This document shows positions 29,085 to 39,840 of a stretch of DNA of 64,000 nt, piece after piece. The position numbers were made by a program, and so were the translations under genes. Source of the stretch: a virus; IMG/VR virus record IMGVR_UViG_3300031784_000013, positions 32,001 to 96,000 of that record; one strand, given 5' to 3'. The notes under the pieces were generated by a model. That model saw only the letters and a program-made list of their open reading frames with translations. It was not told where the DNA came from and did not search any database. Numbering within the stretch: the first letter of the stretch is position 1; every line of letters starts with the position of its first letter.

Positions 29085-29495
29085 GTGGCACTACAATTTA
29101 AAGTTTATGAACCATCCACTAAGTTGGAATCTCAAGGAACGGTTAATGAAATTATCCCTGGCGGGAAATTGAAATTTGTTCCTGGAACGATTGACCGTTA
29201 TAACAACGGTGAGATCAAATCAATGAACATGATCCTCATTGACGAGGACGGTGCTAGCGCAACCTGTCCTCTTTCAAAGAGAGTTAGTAAAACCATCAAG
29301 AAGGCTCTTGACTCTGGTTCTACTAAAGAGGAAGTTGCCTCTGTTATCTTTAACTTAGAAATTGTTGAAGATGAAGATGGCAGATTGTTCATTGTAGCAC
29401 CTCGTGGATCTTCTGGCGAAGAGCAAGAATTCTCTTTCTCTCAACTAAAGAAGAGCAACGTTAAGAAAACGTACGAAGATCTAGTGGCTTTTTAA
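29085..29495 (+). CDS. Hypothetical protein, first gene of plus-strand (early) module
   Basis: GTG start after an A-rich leader; ends in the hairpin TAGTGGCTT..AAGCCACTA. Confidence 0.7.
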   Translation: MALQFKVYEPSTKLESQGTVNEIIPGGKLKFVPGTIDRYNNGEIKSMNMILIDEDGASATCPLSKRVSKTIKKALDSGSTKEEVASVIFNLEIVEDEDGRLFIVAPRGSSGEEQEFSFSQLKKSNVKKTYEDLVAF

Positions 29496-29540
29496 GCCAC
29501 TATTTCTTCTTATGTACAGGGTGGGAGTGTAAACCTTTGG

Positions 29541-30175
29541 GTGGGCTAGTTACACAGAGATGTATCTGTGCAAATCAGACATATATAGACAAATACAATG
29601 ATGGGTACTACGAGGCCAAGCATGTGGTAATGCGTTGTATTATATATGGTGTGATCTGTGTAACTAATCCATTCTTAGTAAAATACAATGGTTTTGCAGT
29701 AATGTACAAATAAATAAAGTTTTCCTCGAGGAAATAGAAACTTTGTGTTGCACTTTGTCAAGAAATAGTTGTGAGTATTAGAGTAGGAGTGTCAGTGTAC
29801 ACGTGTATAAGGGTGTAATTCATGGTGATGGATTTCATTCTTTAGACATGTCGTATAGCATTAATTAACAAAAAGCACACAAAAAAGCCACACTACTGGT
29901 TCAAATGTGAGAGTAGTATAGATTGAGTTCTTTGTAACGTATGTCTGGCTCACATTTATCTTAAATGTAATTAGATTGTAAGCGAGGGAAATATGCAGTC
30001 TCAGTGATGAGAGTTAGTCCATGCCATGTGGAGTGCAAAAATATCAGGTTGGAACTTACAAATAATTACATAGGGTAATTGTAACAAGAACAAGCAGGGA
30101 ATATTACAGAACGTATGCTGTAATCGAAACCATTGGAGAACACCTACCTGCAAATGGGTGCCACTTGTTACAATT
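29541..30175 (+). ncRNA. Candidate structured non-coding element(s)
   Basis: ORF-free region with several nested inverted repeats, including two 12-bp perfect stems and a GUGA tetraloop hairpin. Confidence 0.4.
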
Positions 30176-30335
30176 TATTTTATTCATTCATTTTAAACGC
30201 ACACGAACATGATTACATTATGTGTAATGCCCAATTTCAAGGGCACAAGAAAAGAGACATTGCAAGCATTGGTTGTATGTGTCCTAATTGACAGTATGTA
30301 TTGTTTTCCATTCATTTACCATTATCTCTAAGGCT

Positions 30336-30815
30336 ATGTTGAAATCAATTTTAACTTTCTTATTTCCTAAGACTATTGCTTCCATTAAGCAGGATACTAT
30401 GAATGAGTATTGGGCTGATGAAGATAGACGTTACTTCGAATCAAATGAAGAACGATGGAAAGAAATAGATGACTACGAAGAAATGATGCGTATTGAATCT
30501 GAACAAGAATTAGAATCATATGTGAAAACATTTGATGACTTGTCCTTTGAGACGATGAATGAAGACATTAAATGGATTCGTGCATATATGAAGTTTTACA
30601 ATGGATATGGTGTATCTGTTGTTCAAGGACCGCATAGTTATGGTGGACAGAGAGGTTTATATGAACTTGCTGTCTTAGATAGTGATGGTGAGATAACTTA
30701 TGGTACACATATAACAGATGATGTATTAGGCTTTCTCACACCTGACGATGTAACACGTCACATGATTGAAATTCAAGAATTACCAATTATAAAAACAAAC
30801 ACACAAACAAAATGA
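30336..30815 (+). CDS. Hypothetical early protein (FxNGYGVSVV...SYGG..GLYELAVL phage family)
   Basis: Motif I recognise from many phages; likely ATG at 30336. Confidence 0.6.
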   Translation: MLKSILTFLFPKTIASIKQDTMNEYWADEDRRYFESNEERWKEIDDYEEMMRIESEQELESYVKTFDDLSFETMNEDIKWIRAYMKFYNGYGVSVVQGPHSYGGQRGLYELAVLDSDGEITYGTHITDDVLGFLTPDDVTRHMIEIQELPIIKTNTQTK

Positions 30816-31646
30816 ATACACTAAAATTAGCTAGAGTGATCGCAGGTGGAACCGCTATCCTCGCAGGATTAGGAGTGATAGGTATGTTGATATTTGCTGG
30901 TGAAGCAATGGAGATGGGTCTTAATGATTACAATCTCCTTGGTTCTCTGTTTATATTCTTCATGGCAACATTGTATACACTCGCTGTTGATGCAGAGATC
31001 AGTAAAAGAAGCACTGATTCAGAAGCAATGCAGAAAGTTCATCAAACAACTCTCAATCAGTGTATCTGGATGATGGTTGCATTGTTGTTATTGTCAATTC
31101 CTTGTCTGTTTCTATGAAATGGGCAAGGACTTGTTCCGTAACAGGTGAAGGAATGAATGAGGGGTGGGTTGGTAATGACGGATGTGTGTATTTCAAATAT
31201 GGACATGACGCTTTACAATGGTGCATAGATCGTGGATATAGAGATATTGACGATGCGTATGCTGATGATGTTATTTATTGGACAGATTGGACAGAATGGG
31301 AGGATGACGAAGATGATAGTTGAAAGAAAGAGTATTGTCAGTGGTAAGGTGAACAAGATGGACATCAACATCACGCCAGAACAACTATTCAACTTCATAA
31401 GTGGTAGATCAGGACTTGCTCAAGAAGCATTTCCTGATTTATCTCTTGATGAGCGTGAGTTCATTATATCTGGTATTCATCCAACAGAATGGGAACAATT
31501 ATTTGGTAACGAAGATGAAAAAGAAAATAAGTAAAAAAGAATTTAGCGAGAGAATAGTATTCTTTAGCCTATTAGCAATAATAGTCATCACACTTGTTGT
31601 GTGGTGGATGGAATTCGTTAAGTACAATCCACAAATTATATTTTAA
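30812..31646 (+). CDS. Cluster of four small early ORFs (30812-31117 membrane protein, 31114-31323, 31313-31534, 31515-31646 single-TM)
   Basis: Overlapping start/stop-coupled ORFs; hydrophobic segments in the first and last. Confidence 0.6.
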
Positions 31647-31649
31647 AAA

Positions 31650-32030
31650 ATGCAAACGCACAGATTTTACAAAGAAAACGGTATATGGTATATAGATCTT
31701 CCAGAGTTTCTCACGTTAGGGCTTGGAACAAAGGCTAACTTGATGATGGTTGGAGGATCTGACACATACCTTGATAGATTATCAAACAATACAAATGAGG
31801 TGACAGTGTCATTCTCACACGAGCATTTTGAAGGTGCTACAGATACATTGCATAGAACAAAACTAGGTCATGATGACACATATCTAGACTCAGTTGGTCA
31901 CGCAAGAGTTGATGGTGGTGCATACTACGAATCAATTGTTGATGGTCATCAATTATGGCTTTGTCCTGTTACAAAGTATGTATTTCAAGCAGACTATCCT
32001 CAACTTATTTACATAAAGAAGGTAAAATGA
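31650..32030 (+). CDS. DUF6717-like protein
   Basis: FYKENGIWYIDLP...LMMVGGSD...LWLCPVTKYVF..YP. Confidence 0.5.
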   Translation: MQTHRFYKENGIWYIDLPEFLTLGLGTKANLMMVGGSDTYLDRLSNNTNEVTVSFSHEHFEGATDTLHRTKLGHDDTYLDSVGHARVDGGAYYESIVDGHQLWLCPVTKYVFQADYPQLIYIKKVK

Positions 32031-33452
32031 GTTTGGTAGAAGGTATTGAAAACCATTTCAATAAGTTGATTCAAAATAAAATGGTGTCTGAGAAAGACAC
32101 CTTTTTTATTTTATCTACACCAGATGAGTTTCATTATTGTCAACCAGGAGTTAATGATTTCACATGTAAGTTTGGTGAAGCAGTTGTTAAAAGAGATGCT
32201 TTACCAGAAGGATTTACATTATCAAAGTGGAAGATTGACGCAGTGAATAATGAAGAAGAAATGTTGAGTGCTTATGATCAATTCATGAGCACTAGGGAAC
32301 AATAACATTGATTATTGTGCGACTGATGAGCAACCAGAATAAAAGGCTCACCTATTATAGCATTAACATTAAAGCAAACAACTAAATCAAAGCACACATG
32401 CAAAAGCACAAAACAATTGTAGACGTGTTGATGGACATCAATACGCCTGAAGCAGCAAAGAAGTTTATCGTGATAACAGATCATGAGAACAGTTTCTATT
32501 TCTCCTATCCAGGAGAAGATGATTTTGAGTCTCTCAAAGGAGAGGCTTTTCTTACACGTACATTTATTCCTTTCTCAATCAGCGTACATGATGAAGTGGG
32601 TTCTCATTTCATTTACAAATGGGATACAATGAATGATGTGGTTAATCATTTTGACTTACTCTTTAACTCTTAATAGCCATGAAAGTGAAGAACAAAGAAC
32701 AACTTGACAAACTAATCATTACGATGGTTAAGGTTTATCCTACCAATCTCACTTACGCATTCAATCGTGTGAGTGACATTACAGGATATAGTGCACGTGT
32801 AATATCTGCAAGATGGTACAGTAATATTAGACATAGAAGTGAGGTGATTTATAAAGTGGTAACTGATGAAGTAGAAATCAGGAACACTAAAACCACTAGA
32901 TCTGACATGATTGAAAAACTTATGAAAGTATTTAGAATATGAAGGCACCACTGAAAGAACACATGAAAAATATGACAAGTTTTATTGCATTAATGCTAGC
33001 GTTTTACATATTTGTGTATTACATGATCACAATGATGTTCATTATTACGCAAAGAACGCTGGAGTTACATCCTTCTCTTGGATTTCTTGCTCACATAATA
33101 TCGTCATTAGTGATCCTACTAACGATTTATATGTATGAGCCACGTAAAAACAAAGACGATAAAACTAACAGAAGATGAACTTGATAACTTCAGGGCTGTA
33201 GCAGAGAGATTCAACGTAAAGTTTGAAATCAAGCAAGTGGGAAACTACTATCGTGTTACAGCCCCTGAAGACAAGATTATTGAATGGGGATATGATGATG
33301 AATAAACTATGAGTGCATTTACAGAACAAGAAATAGAAACACTAATTGAACTTTGGCGTGATAGACTCACAATCAAAGAAATGGCTTGGACAATGAAGAA
33401 GAAGCCAACACAGGTTTACTATCAACTGAAAAAGCGTTCATTAGTAGGATAA
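32027..33452 (+). CDS. Cluster of small early ORFs (32027-32305, 32398-32673, 32679-32942, 32939-33178, 33135-33305, 33309-33452 HTH-like)
   Basis: Consecutive short ORFs. The last two were translated manually; 33309 reads MSAFTEQEIETLIELWRDRLTIKEMAWTMKKKPTQVYYQLKK. Confidence 0.55.
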
Positions 33453-33502
33453 TAACAGGGTTTGATGTTAAACTAAGTCGCCAGTGCTTTCCAGTGGCAA
33501 AT

Positions 33503-33609
33503 AGTTAGGTGGTGGAATGGAGACACACATTGGAACTGCTTGTTAAAAGTAATGGCACGTTGAGATAACCTTAGACGTGTATACAGGTTCGAATCCTACT
33601 CTGACTACA
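33503..33609 (+). ncRNA. tRNA-like element / pseudo-tRNA with aberrant anticodon arm and long variable arm
   Basis: Acceptor AGTTAGG/TCTGACT, D-arm GTGGAATGGAGACAC, T-loop GGTTCGAATCC; central region non-canonical. Confidence 0.6.
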
Positions 33610-33617
33610 AAAAACAG

Positions 33618-33648
33618 AAGCTCTTCATTGTGGAGAGCTTTTTTTATT
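33618..33648 (+). terminator. Intrinsic terminator
   Basis: AAGCTCTTC-attgt-GGAGAGCTT followed by a T-run. Confidence 0.75.
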
Positions 33649-33677
33649 TAATTTAAACGCACAAAACAAATAAAACT

Positions 33678-35299
33678 ATGGCAGACATAACTATGTGCCC
33701 AGGGACAAATTGTCCCCAGAAAGAAAATTGCTACAGATTTACAGCAAAGGCTAATGAATACATGCAAGCGTATTTTACAGAAGCACCAATAAAAGATGGA
33801 AAGTGTGACATGTATTGGGGAGAGAATGCAGAATCAATTTGGAATCAACTAAAAGAGATAGTCAAATGAAACCATTCGTAGAAACAAGATTAAATACATC
33901 AGTAGACCAAGTTATAGTTATTCAGCAAGATGAGTTTAAAAATAAAGGTATACACCTAATTATATCAGAAGCAGATAAGTCTTATGAATACAGAGTGTAT
34001 TTAACAGAAGAAGAAATTGCTGTACTAATTAAGCTAATTAAACAAATGCAAGAACTATGAAACAGACAGCAGTAGATTGGTTATTCAACAGATTGTGGGA
34101 GACACCAAAGGATAAGTTTACTTGGCACACCATCTTAGAAGAAGCCAAGCAAAGAGAGAAGATGCAAATAGAATCGGCACATAGACACGGTGCATCTGAT
34201 CTTATTCTGCATCGATACAAAATGGAACAGTATTACAAAGATACCTACGAAAACGAATGAACATCTATCTAGGACAACAAGCAAAAAGCCTATTTTATAT
34301 GAGGGAAATACCTGTTGATTCAATAGGTGTATTTCAATCTCATGTAGGTGAGTGGTTGTATTGGTATAACGATGGTTTTACCTATGACACAGGATTCGCT
34401 GATAGCGAAGCAGAAGCATTACAAATAGCAAAGAAGAACTTTAAACCTTACAAGAAATGAAAAAAGAAATTAAAAGACCAGAAGATTTAGCACCAAAGGG
34501 TGTAAAAAGTACAATTAAAGGAAACTATAGTTTTAATGAAGTATTTCAACACATTTACAACGAAGCAAGAAAACCAGACGAAGCATGGAAAAGCAATTAA
34601 ACACATATCAGCATTGGGTTGATATTCATTTAAGCAAAGAGGATGCAGAAAAGTTTTTTGCCAATATGGCAAATGAACAAGATCCACTTAATCCTTCAAC
34701 TCAAACAGTAGAAGATGAGTTTCTATACTCTGCATTTATTTGGGACAGATCAAATGAAGGACTTGAGTATTGGATGCGAGTCCAAAAAAATATAGAAGAG
34801 AAAAATGGCTGGGAGGGTTGATGACAAAGATGCAATATGGATAGAGGCTAACTTCAAAGTTAGCTTCTACCAGCCTGAAGATTTGTTAGCAGGCATGTGG
34901 TTCATGAATAGTCTTTATCCAGGAACTGATAGAGAGTTTGTTGAATTATGGCTCCTCGAAGAGGATATTATTGAGGAAGAGTATGACAATTTTGTGGCAA
35001 AGCATGGTTTTCCTGTTGAGCCAATGGTCACACTAGAGATGAGCAATCCTGATGAACCTGATTTAATTGTGGCGTATTCGCCAGAAATAGGATGGTTGCA
35101 TGAAGATGATGAGCTAAGACCATTTGACATTGATGATGCAAACTGGATTATTCAGAACAATGATGGAAAGGTGCATATATTGATTGATGGTGAAGCATTT
35201 GATCAGGATGAAACAATCTACACTCTTACAGAGGATCAAGAAGTGATATTAAAATATTTCTTTCTTGAGGATTATGAAGAAGAAGATTTGACAGAGTAA
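33678..35299 (+). CDS. Cluster of small hypothetical ORFs (33678-33869 Cys-rich, 33866-34060, 34057-34260, 34257-34460, 34457-34600, 34585-34821, 34805-35299 acidic)
   Basis: Chain of overlapping ORFs, mostly ATGA-coupled. Confidence 0.6.
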
Positions 35300-35320
35300 C
35301 TAAAATTGTGTATTTTACTA

Positions 35321-35875
35321 ATGGAAAAAGTTATTAAGTTATTTTCAACTTTGTTAATGTTCATAGGTCCAATTTCATCATCAAATGAAAACAGTCACAC
35401 TTTCATTTTAAAATACGATTACAAAAGTGATCACACAACAAGATCATTGATTGAAAAATTTGAAGGTGTCAAACTGACTGCTTACAGATGTCCATCAGGA
35501 ATTCCAACAATTGGAATAGGCTCAACCTATTACGAGAATGGAAGATCAGTAAAGATGGGTGATGTGATTAGTTTGGGTAGAGCGAATCAACTTTACGACT
35601 TTAACATCAATCAAATTGAAAAGCAATTGAAAAACTTAGTCAAAGTTGAATTAACAAAGAATCAAAAATCTGCACTCACTAGCTTCTTGTACAATGTAGG
35701 ATATGGAAATTTCGAAAAATCAAAATTATTGGAGATGATAAACAAAAATCCACATGATTTTAGAATTCAACATGAGTTCATGAAATGGACAACATCAAGA
35801 GGAAGACCAATGAGAGGCTTAAGAAAAAGAAGAATTGAAGAATTAGAATTGTATTTCACAAAAAACAAACGTTAA
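35321..35875 (+). CDS. GH24 (T4/P21-type) lysozyme with hydrophobic N-terminus
   Basis: IEKFEGVKLTAYRCPSGIPTIGIGST (E-x8-D/C-x5-T triad), ALTSFLYNVG, GLRKRRIEELELY. Confidence 0.85.
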   Translation: MEKVIKLFSTLLMFIGPISSSNENSHTFILKYDYKSDHTTRSLIEKFEGVKLTAYRCPSGIPTIGIGSTYYENGRSVKMGDVISLGRANQLYDFNINQIEKQLKNLVKVELTKNQKSALTSFLYNVGYGNFEKSKLLEMINKNPHDFRIQHEFMKWTTSRGRPMRGLRKRRIEELELYFTKNKR

Positions 35876-35879
35876 AACC

Positions 35880-36488
35880 ATGGCAGTAGAAATTTATTTA
35901 GAACCAGAGCTAGAAGAAATGATTGGCTCAAAAGAAGTGACAGAAGAGTGGAAGCAGATTGCTGAAGAACTTGGTATGGAAGGTCAGTTAAAACTAATCG
36001 CACCAAAATCAAGTGGAGAAACTGATAAGAATCCTTCTCCATACATCCACATGAATAAGAAAGCAGAGAATGTCTTTGCTATTCTTTGTCCAGAAGTTGT
36101 TGATTACAAGAAGTATGACAAGTCTACCATTCCAAGAGAAGTAATGAGAGAAATTGCTATGGCTGAAAGGCTGCAATTCTTTGATAAAATCTGTATTTGG
36201 TATGATGATGCTTCTCCAGATCCTCTTGTAGTTGGTTATATCAAGGTGGGAAATTATGAGTTTATCAAGCACATGATTGCTCGATTTGGTGATGAGATTC
36301 TTCCATTCGAAGTGCTAGAAAGAAAAGCAATTGATCGTCTGAAGAAAAGAATCACTGACAAACTAAAGGCTACACTCGCTGGTATAGACACTAAAGTGGA
36401 TGGTTTCTTCAATCCTGTTCGTTACAATGATGACAATCTGAACATCGATTTCAAGACTGTAACCTTTGAACACAGAAATGGTGCATAA
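35880..36488 (+). CDS. Hypothetical protein
   Basis: 202-aa ORF upstream of PolB. Confidence 0.7.
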   Translation: MAVEIYLEPELEEMIGSKEVTEEWKQIAEELGMEGQLKLIAPKSSGETDKNPSPYIHMNKKAENVFAILCPEVVDYKKYDKSTIPREVMREIAMAERLQFFDKICIWYDDASPDPLVVGYIKVGNYEFIKHMIARFGDEILPFEVLERKAIDRLKKRITDKLKATLAGIDTKVDGFFNPVRYNDDNLNIDFKTVTFEHRNGA

Positions 36489-36496
36489 TCAAACAT

Positions 36497-38464
36497 ATGG
36501 ATGTTTTAATTTACGACATTGAAACACTCAAAGAAATGTTTCTCGTGGGGATTTATATTCCTCACGAGGACATTTATCGTGAGTTTGAGGTGAGCAAGAG
36601 CAAGTATGAACTAGATCAGTTTGTAGAGTTCACAGAGAAGTACAAAGACTTCTATTGGGTGGGCTACAACAATCTAAGATTTGACAGCCAAGTGGTTGAA
36701 TGGATCTTAAGAAAGTATCAAGATTGGGGTGAAAAGTCTAATCTTGAAGTGGCAGCCATGATTGCTCAGAAGGCTCAGGATGTAATAGATGATGCAAACT
36801 ATGATGTATTTGCTGAGTATCGTGAAGAAGAGCTTAGTTTGAAGCAGATTGATCTATTCAAGATACATCACTTTGACAACAAGAACAGACGTGTTAGTCT
36901 AAAGAGACTAGAGTTTGAAATGGATCTCGAGAACATTGAAGAGATGCCTATTCATCATACAAAGATTGGTATGACTCTAGAAGATAGAAAGCTCACACGT
37001 CAGTATTGTCAGAATGATGTTATGGCTACCTATGAGTTTTACAAGGTGACCATTGGTGATACAGAGCATCCGTTGTACAAGGGTAATGACCAGATACAGT
37101 TGAGACTTGACATAGAGAAAGAGTTTGATATTCCATGTATAAACTATTCAGATAGTAAGATTGGTGATGAGATCATCAAGAAATACTATTGTGAGGAGAA
37201 GAAGATGGATGTTAAAACTCTTCCTAGAAAGGGTCACTTCAGAAAGTACATCTTTCTTAGTCAATGCATTGCTCCATACGTACAGTTTAAGACTGTTCAG
37301 CTAGATCAGTTTCTTAAGAAGATTAAGAAGATGCGTCTAGAACTCACTGATGATTTCAAGGAGCACATACATTTCTATGACAATATGTATTCTTTCATGA
37401 AGGGTGGTTTGCACACAGAAAACAAACCAGAAGTATTTGAGGAGGATGAAGATCATCTCATCATTGACTGGGACGTTTCTAGCTACTATCCTGCCATTAT
37501 CATCAACAACAAGCAGTATCCATATCATTTAGGAAAAGAGTTTCTCACAGGCTATAAAAAGATGTATGAGAAGCGTTTAGAACTAAAGCCTTTTGCAAAG
37601 AGCGATAAGAAGATTAAGGGTATTGTTGGTGCGTTGAAGCTTGCTGTAAACTCTGTGTATGGTAAAAGTAGTGACATGAATAGTTGGATATATGATAGAC
37701 AACTCACTATGTTTACAACAATCACAGGGGAATTGTCCTTGATGATGCTCATTGAAGCGTATGAAACCAAAGAAATACGTGTCATATCAGCTAACACTGA
37801 CGGTGTAACAATTCAAATCCATAAAAGCAAACTTGCTGAGATGGAGAAGATTAATGACTGGTGGTGTAAGATAACTGGATATGAGCTTGAAAGGGCTGAT
37901 TACAAAAAGATTATATTCTCAACAGTTAATGACTACTTAGCAATTAAAACAGATGGAGAAATTAAAAAGAAAGGGGATTTTCTCACGGATTTTGAACTTC
38001 ATAAAAACAAATCCGCCAGAATTGTCCCTCTTGCTCTTGAGCATTACTACGTTAGCGGTGTTCCTATTGCTGAAACTATTCATCTTCATAAGAATCCTTT
38101 TGATTTTTGTATAAGACAGAAATCAACTAGTGACTTTCATTATGAGGGATATAGAAAAGGAATGGAACCGTCTGTATACAACAAACTCATTCGCTACTAT
38201 ATCACTAAAGGTGAAGATGGGGAGAAACTCTTGAAGATTAAGAATCAAGATTCTACCTCCACAGCACCTAATAGTTCACAAGTGGAGGCTGGAGATTGGT
38301 TGTGTAAGGTGGTGAACCATCTTCCTGCAAGCACAACTGTTGCATCAATGAACGTCAACTATGACTATTACATTGATAAAGCAGAGAGTCTTGTATTGAA
38401 GATTGTCACTAAGGGTAAGAAAAGAAAAGTAGATAGAATTCCTAACCAAATTTCTTTATTTTAA
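36497..38464 (+). CDS. polB: Family B DNA polymerase
   Basis: Exo I YDIET, Exo II GYNNLRFD, Exo III YCQNDV, region II DWDVSSYYP, region III KLAVNSVYG, region I ANTDG. Confidence 0.9.
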   Translation: MDVLIYDIETLKEMFLVGIYIPHEDIYREFEVSKSKYELDQFVEFTEKYKDFYWVGYNNLRFDSQVVEWILRKYQDWGEKSNLEVAAMIAQKAQDVIDDANYDVFAEYREEELSLKQIDLFKIHHFDNKNRRVSLKRLEFEMDLENIEEMPIHHTKIGMTLEDRKLTRQYCQNDVMATYEFYKVTIGDTEHPLYKGNDQIQLRLDIEKEFDIPCINYSDSKIGDEIIKKYYCEEKKMDVKTLPRKGHFRKYIFLSQCIAPYVQFKTVQLDQFLKKIKKMRLELTDDFKEHIHFYDNMYSFMKGGLHTENKPEVFEEDEDHLIIDWDVSSYYPAIIINNKQYPYHLGKEFLTGYKKMYEKRLELKPFAKSDKKIKGIVGALKLAVNSVYGKSSDMNSWIYDRQLTMFTTITGELSLMMLIEAYETKEIRVISANTDGVTIQIHKSKLAEMEKINDWWCKITGYELERADYKKIIFSTVNDYLAIKTDGEIKKKGDFLTDFELHKNKSARIVPLALEHYYVSGVPIAETIHLHKNPFDFCIRQKSTSDFHYEGYRKGMEPSVYNKLIRYYITKGEDGEKLLKIKNQDSTSTAPNSSQVEAGDWLCKVVNHLPASTTVASMNVNYDYYIDKAESLVLKIVTKGKKRKVDRIPNQISLF

Positions 38465-38466
38465 TT

Positions 38467-38976
38467 ATGGAAGAAGAAAAGTCATATACGCAAATAGAGA
38501 CATTACCTCCTAGCAGCTTTACTCCTGTATATTTAAGATCAATGAAAATTCCAATTAACAGAGGCAGTAGATACTTTGATTTAAATGGTGTGGTGCATGT
38601 AGTGATATACTCCAAGCCAGATGTAATCAAGCTAATGCCAATCAAAAGCAATGCTATGATTGATGTTTGGGAAGTGGATGAGTTTAAGAACCAAGTTAAG
38701 TTTTTAAAATTCACACACTTACCACACCCTCCTATAAATAGAGCTAATGTTTCAGAACATCTTCTGGAATACCAGTTCAACATGTTAGGAAAAACAATGG
38801 CAAACACTCTTGCAGAAACAGACTGGAAGACAACCTGGAAACTGACTAAGAAGCAAAAAGAAATGTTTAAGTCTTATGCAGTTGGAATACTAAAAAAAGT
38901 TTTTAGATTCAACGGTGCAAAGGCTCGTGAAACATATGAGTTCTTTGATAAAAACTTTGGACTTTTAACGCTTTGA
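38467..38976 (+). CDS. Hypothetical protein
   Basis: 169-aa ORF in the replication operon. Confidence 0.6.
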   Translation: MEEEKSYTQIETLPPSSFTPVYLRSMKIPINRGSRYFDLNGVVHVVIYSKPDVIKLMPIKSNAMIDVWEVDEFKNQVKFLKFTHLPHPPINRANVSEHLLEYQFNMLGKTMANTLAETDWKTTWKLTKKQKEMFKSYAVGILKKVFRFNGAKARETYEFFDKNFGLLTL

Positions 38977-39216
38977 GTCATGGCCAGTTTTCTTCTAATC
39001 TATTGTTTATTTAGCACTGCATTACTAATTGCATTAGTAGAATTTATAATTAAACACGATAGAAAACGATGAACGTACACGAAGACCATGAACACGTTCC
39101 CATTAGGGAAGCAGCAATTATCCAATTGCAAAAGAGAGATGAAGTGGAACAAGCAAACCACGAATACGAGTCAACTAGACAACCTGCAAAAATTATTGTA
39201 ACTACAGAGAAGAACG

Positions 39217-39840
39217 ATGAAGTTCAACATAACGCCCTCCCATTTTGAACAACTTCTCAAACAATCCTATAGTCTAGATCACATTTTCTTATTAAAGCTT
39301 GTAGAGGCCAATATTGACATACAACCATTAACAGATGGAAGTATGAAGATAGCTGGCCTCTATCAGTCTTTAGTCAGGAAAGGTCTTGTCTCTGATGTAA
39401 CCTTACAAATTACACAGATAGGAAGAGAGTTGTTGACATTTGCTGACTCTGAAGTAAAGCAAACCATCAAAAAAGTAAAACAGAAGCCTGAAGACTTTGA
39501 TGGTTGGTGGAATGCTTTTCCTTCTACGGACAATTTTGAACACAAAGGAAAAAAGTTTCCTGGATCAAGAGCACTAAAGAGAGCAAGAGAGGATTGCAGA
39601 ATCAAATTCAACAAGATTCTTGCTGAAGGAGAATATGTCGCAAAGGATATTATAGATGCTACCAACCTAGATGTATATCTAAAGAAGGAAGCATCTCTAA
39701 GAACAAGTGATAATAAGCTGAGCTTTTTGCAGAATAGTCTCACTTATCTAACACAGAGAAGCTTTGAACCCTTTATTGAAATGATTAAAACAGGAGTGGA
39801 AATACCTAACGCACAAACAAAAAGATCTATTGATATATGA
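39217..39840 (+). CDS. Replication-associated protein (initiator/helicase-loader-like)
   Basis: FDGWWNAFP...FLQNSLTYL resembles C-termini of phage replication proteins; coupled to DnaB. Confidence 0.45.
   Translation: MKFNITPSHFEQLLKQSYSLDHIFLLKLVEANIDIQPLTDGSMKIAGLYQSLVRKGLVSDVTLQITQIGRELLTFADSEVKQTIKKVKQKPEDFDGWWNAFPSTDNFEHKGKKFPGSRALKRAREDCRIKFNKILAEGEYVAKDIIDATNLDVYLKKEASLRTSDNKLSFLQNSLTYLTQRSFEPFIEMIKTGVEIPNAQTKRSIDI

Noticed and set aside
29995-30135. Hammerhead ribozyme (GTGATGA ... CGAAAC)
   Set aside because: The core should be CTGANGA, and the flanking stems do not join the two motifs in hammerhead topology.
33530-33556. Reading the tRNA-like element as an ochre suppressor (TTA) or tRNA-Asn (GTT)
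   Set aside because: Neither register gives both a proper 5-bp stem and U33 at the correct distance from the D-arm.
25097-38464. Introns or inteins in terminase or polymerase
   Set aside because: Both ORFs are continuous and of ordinary length, with no intein or homing-endonuclease motifs seen.
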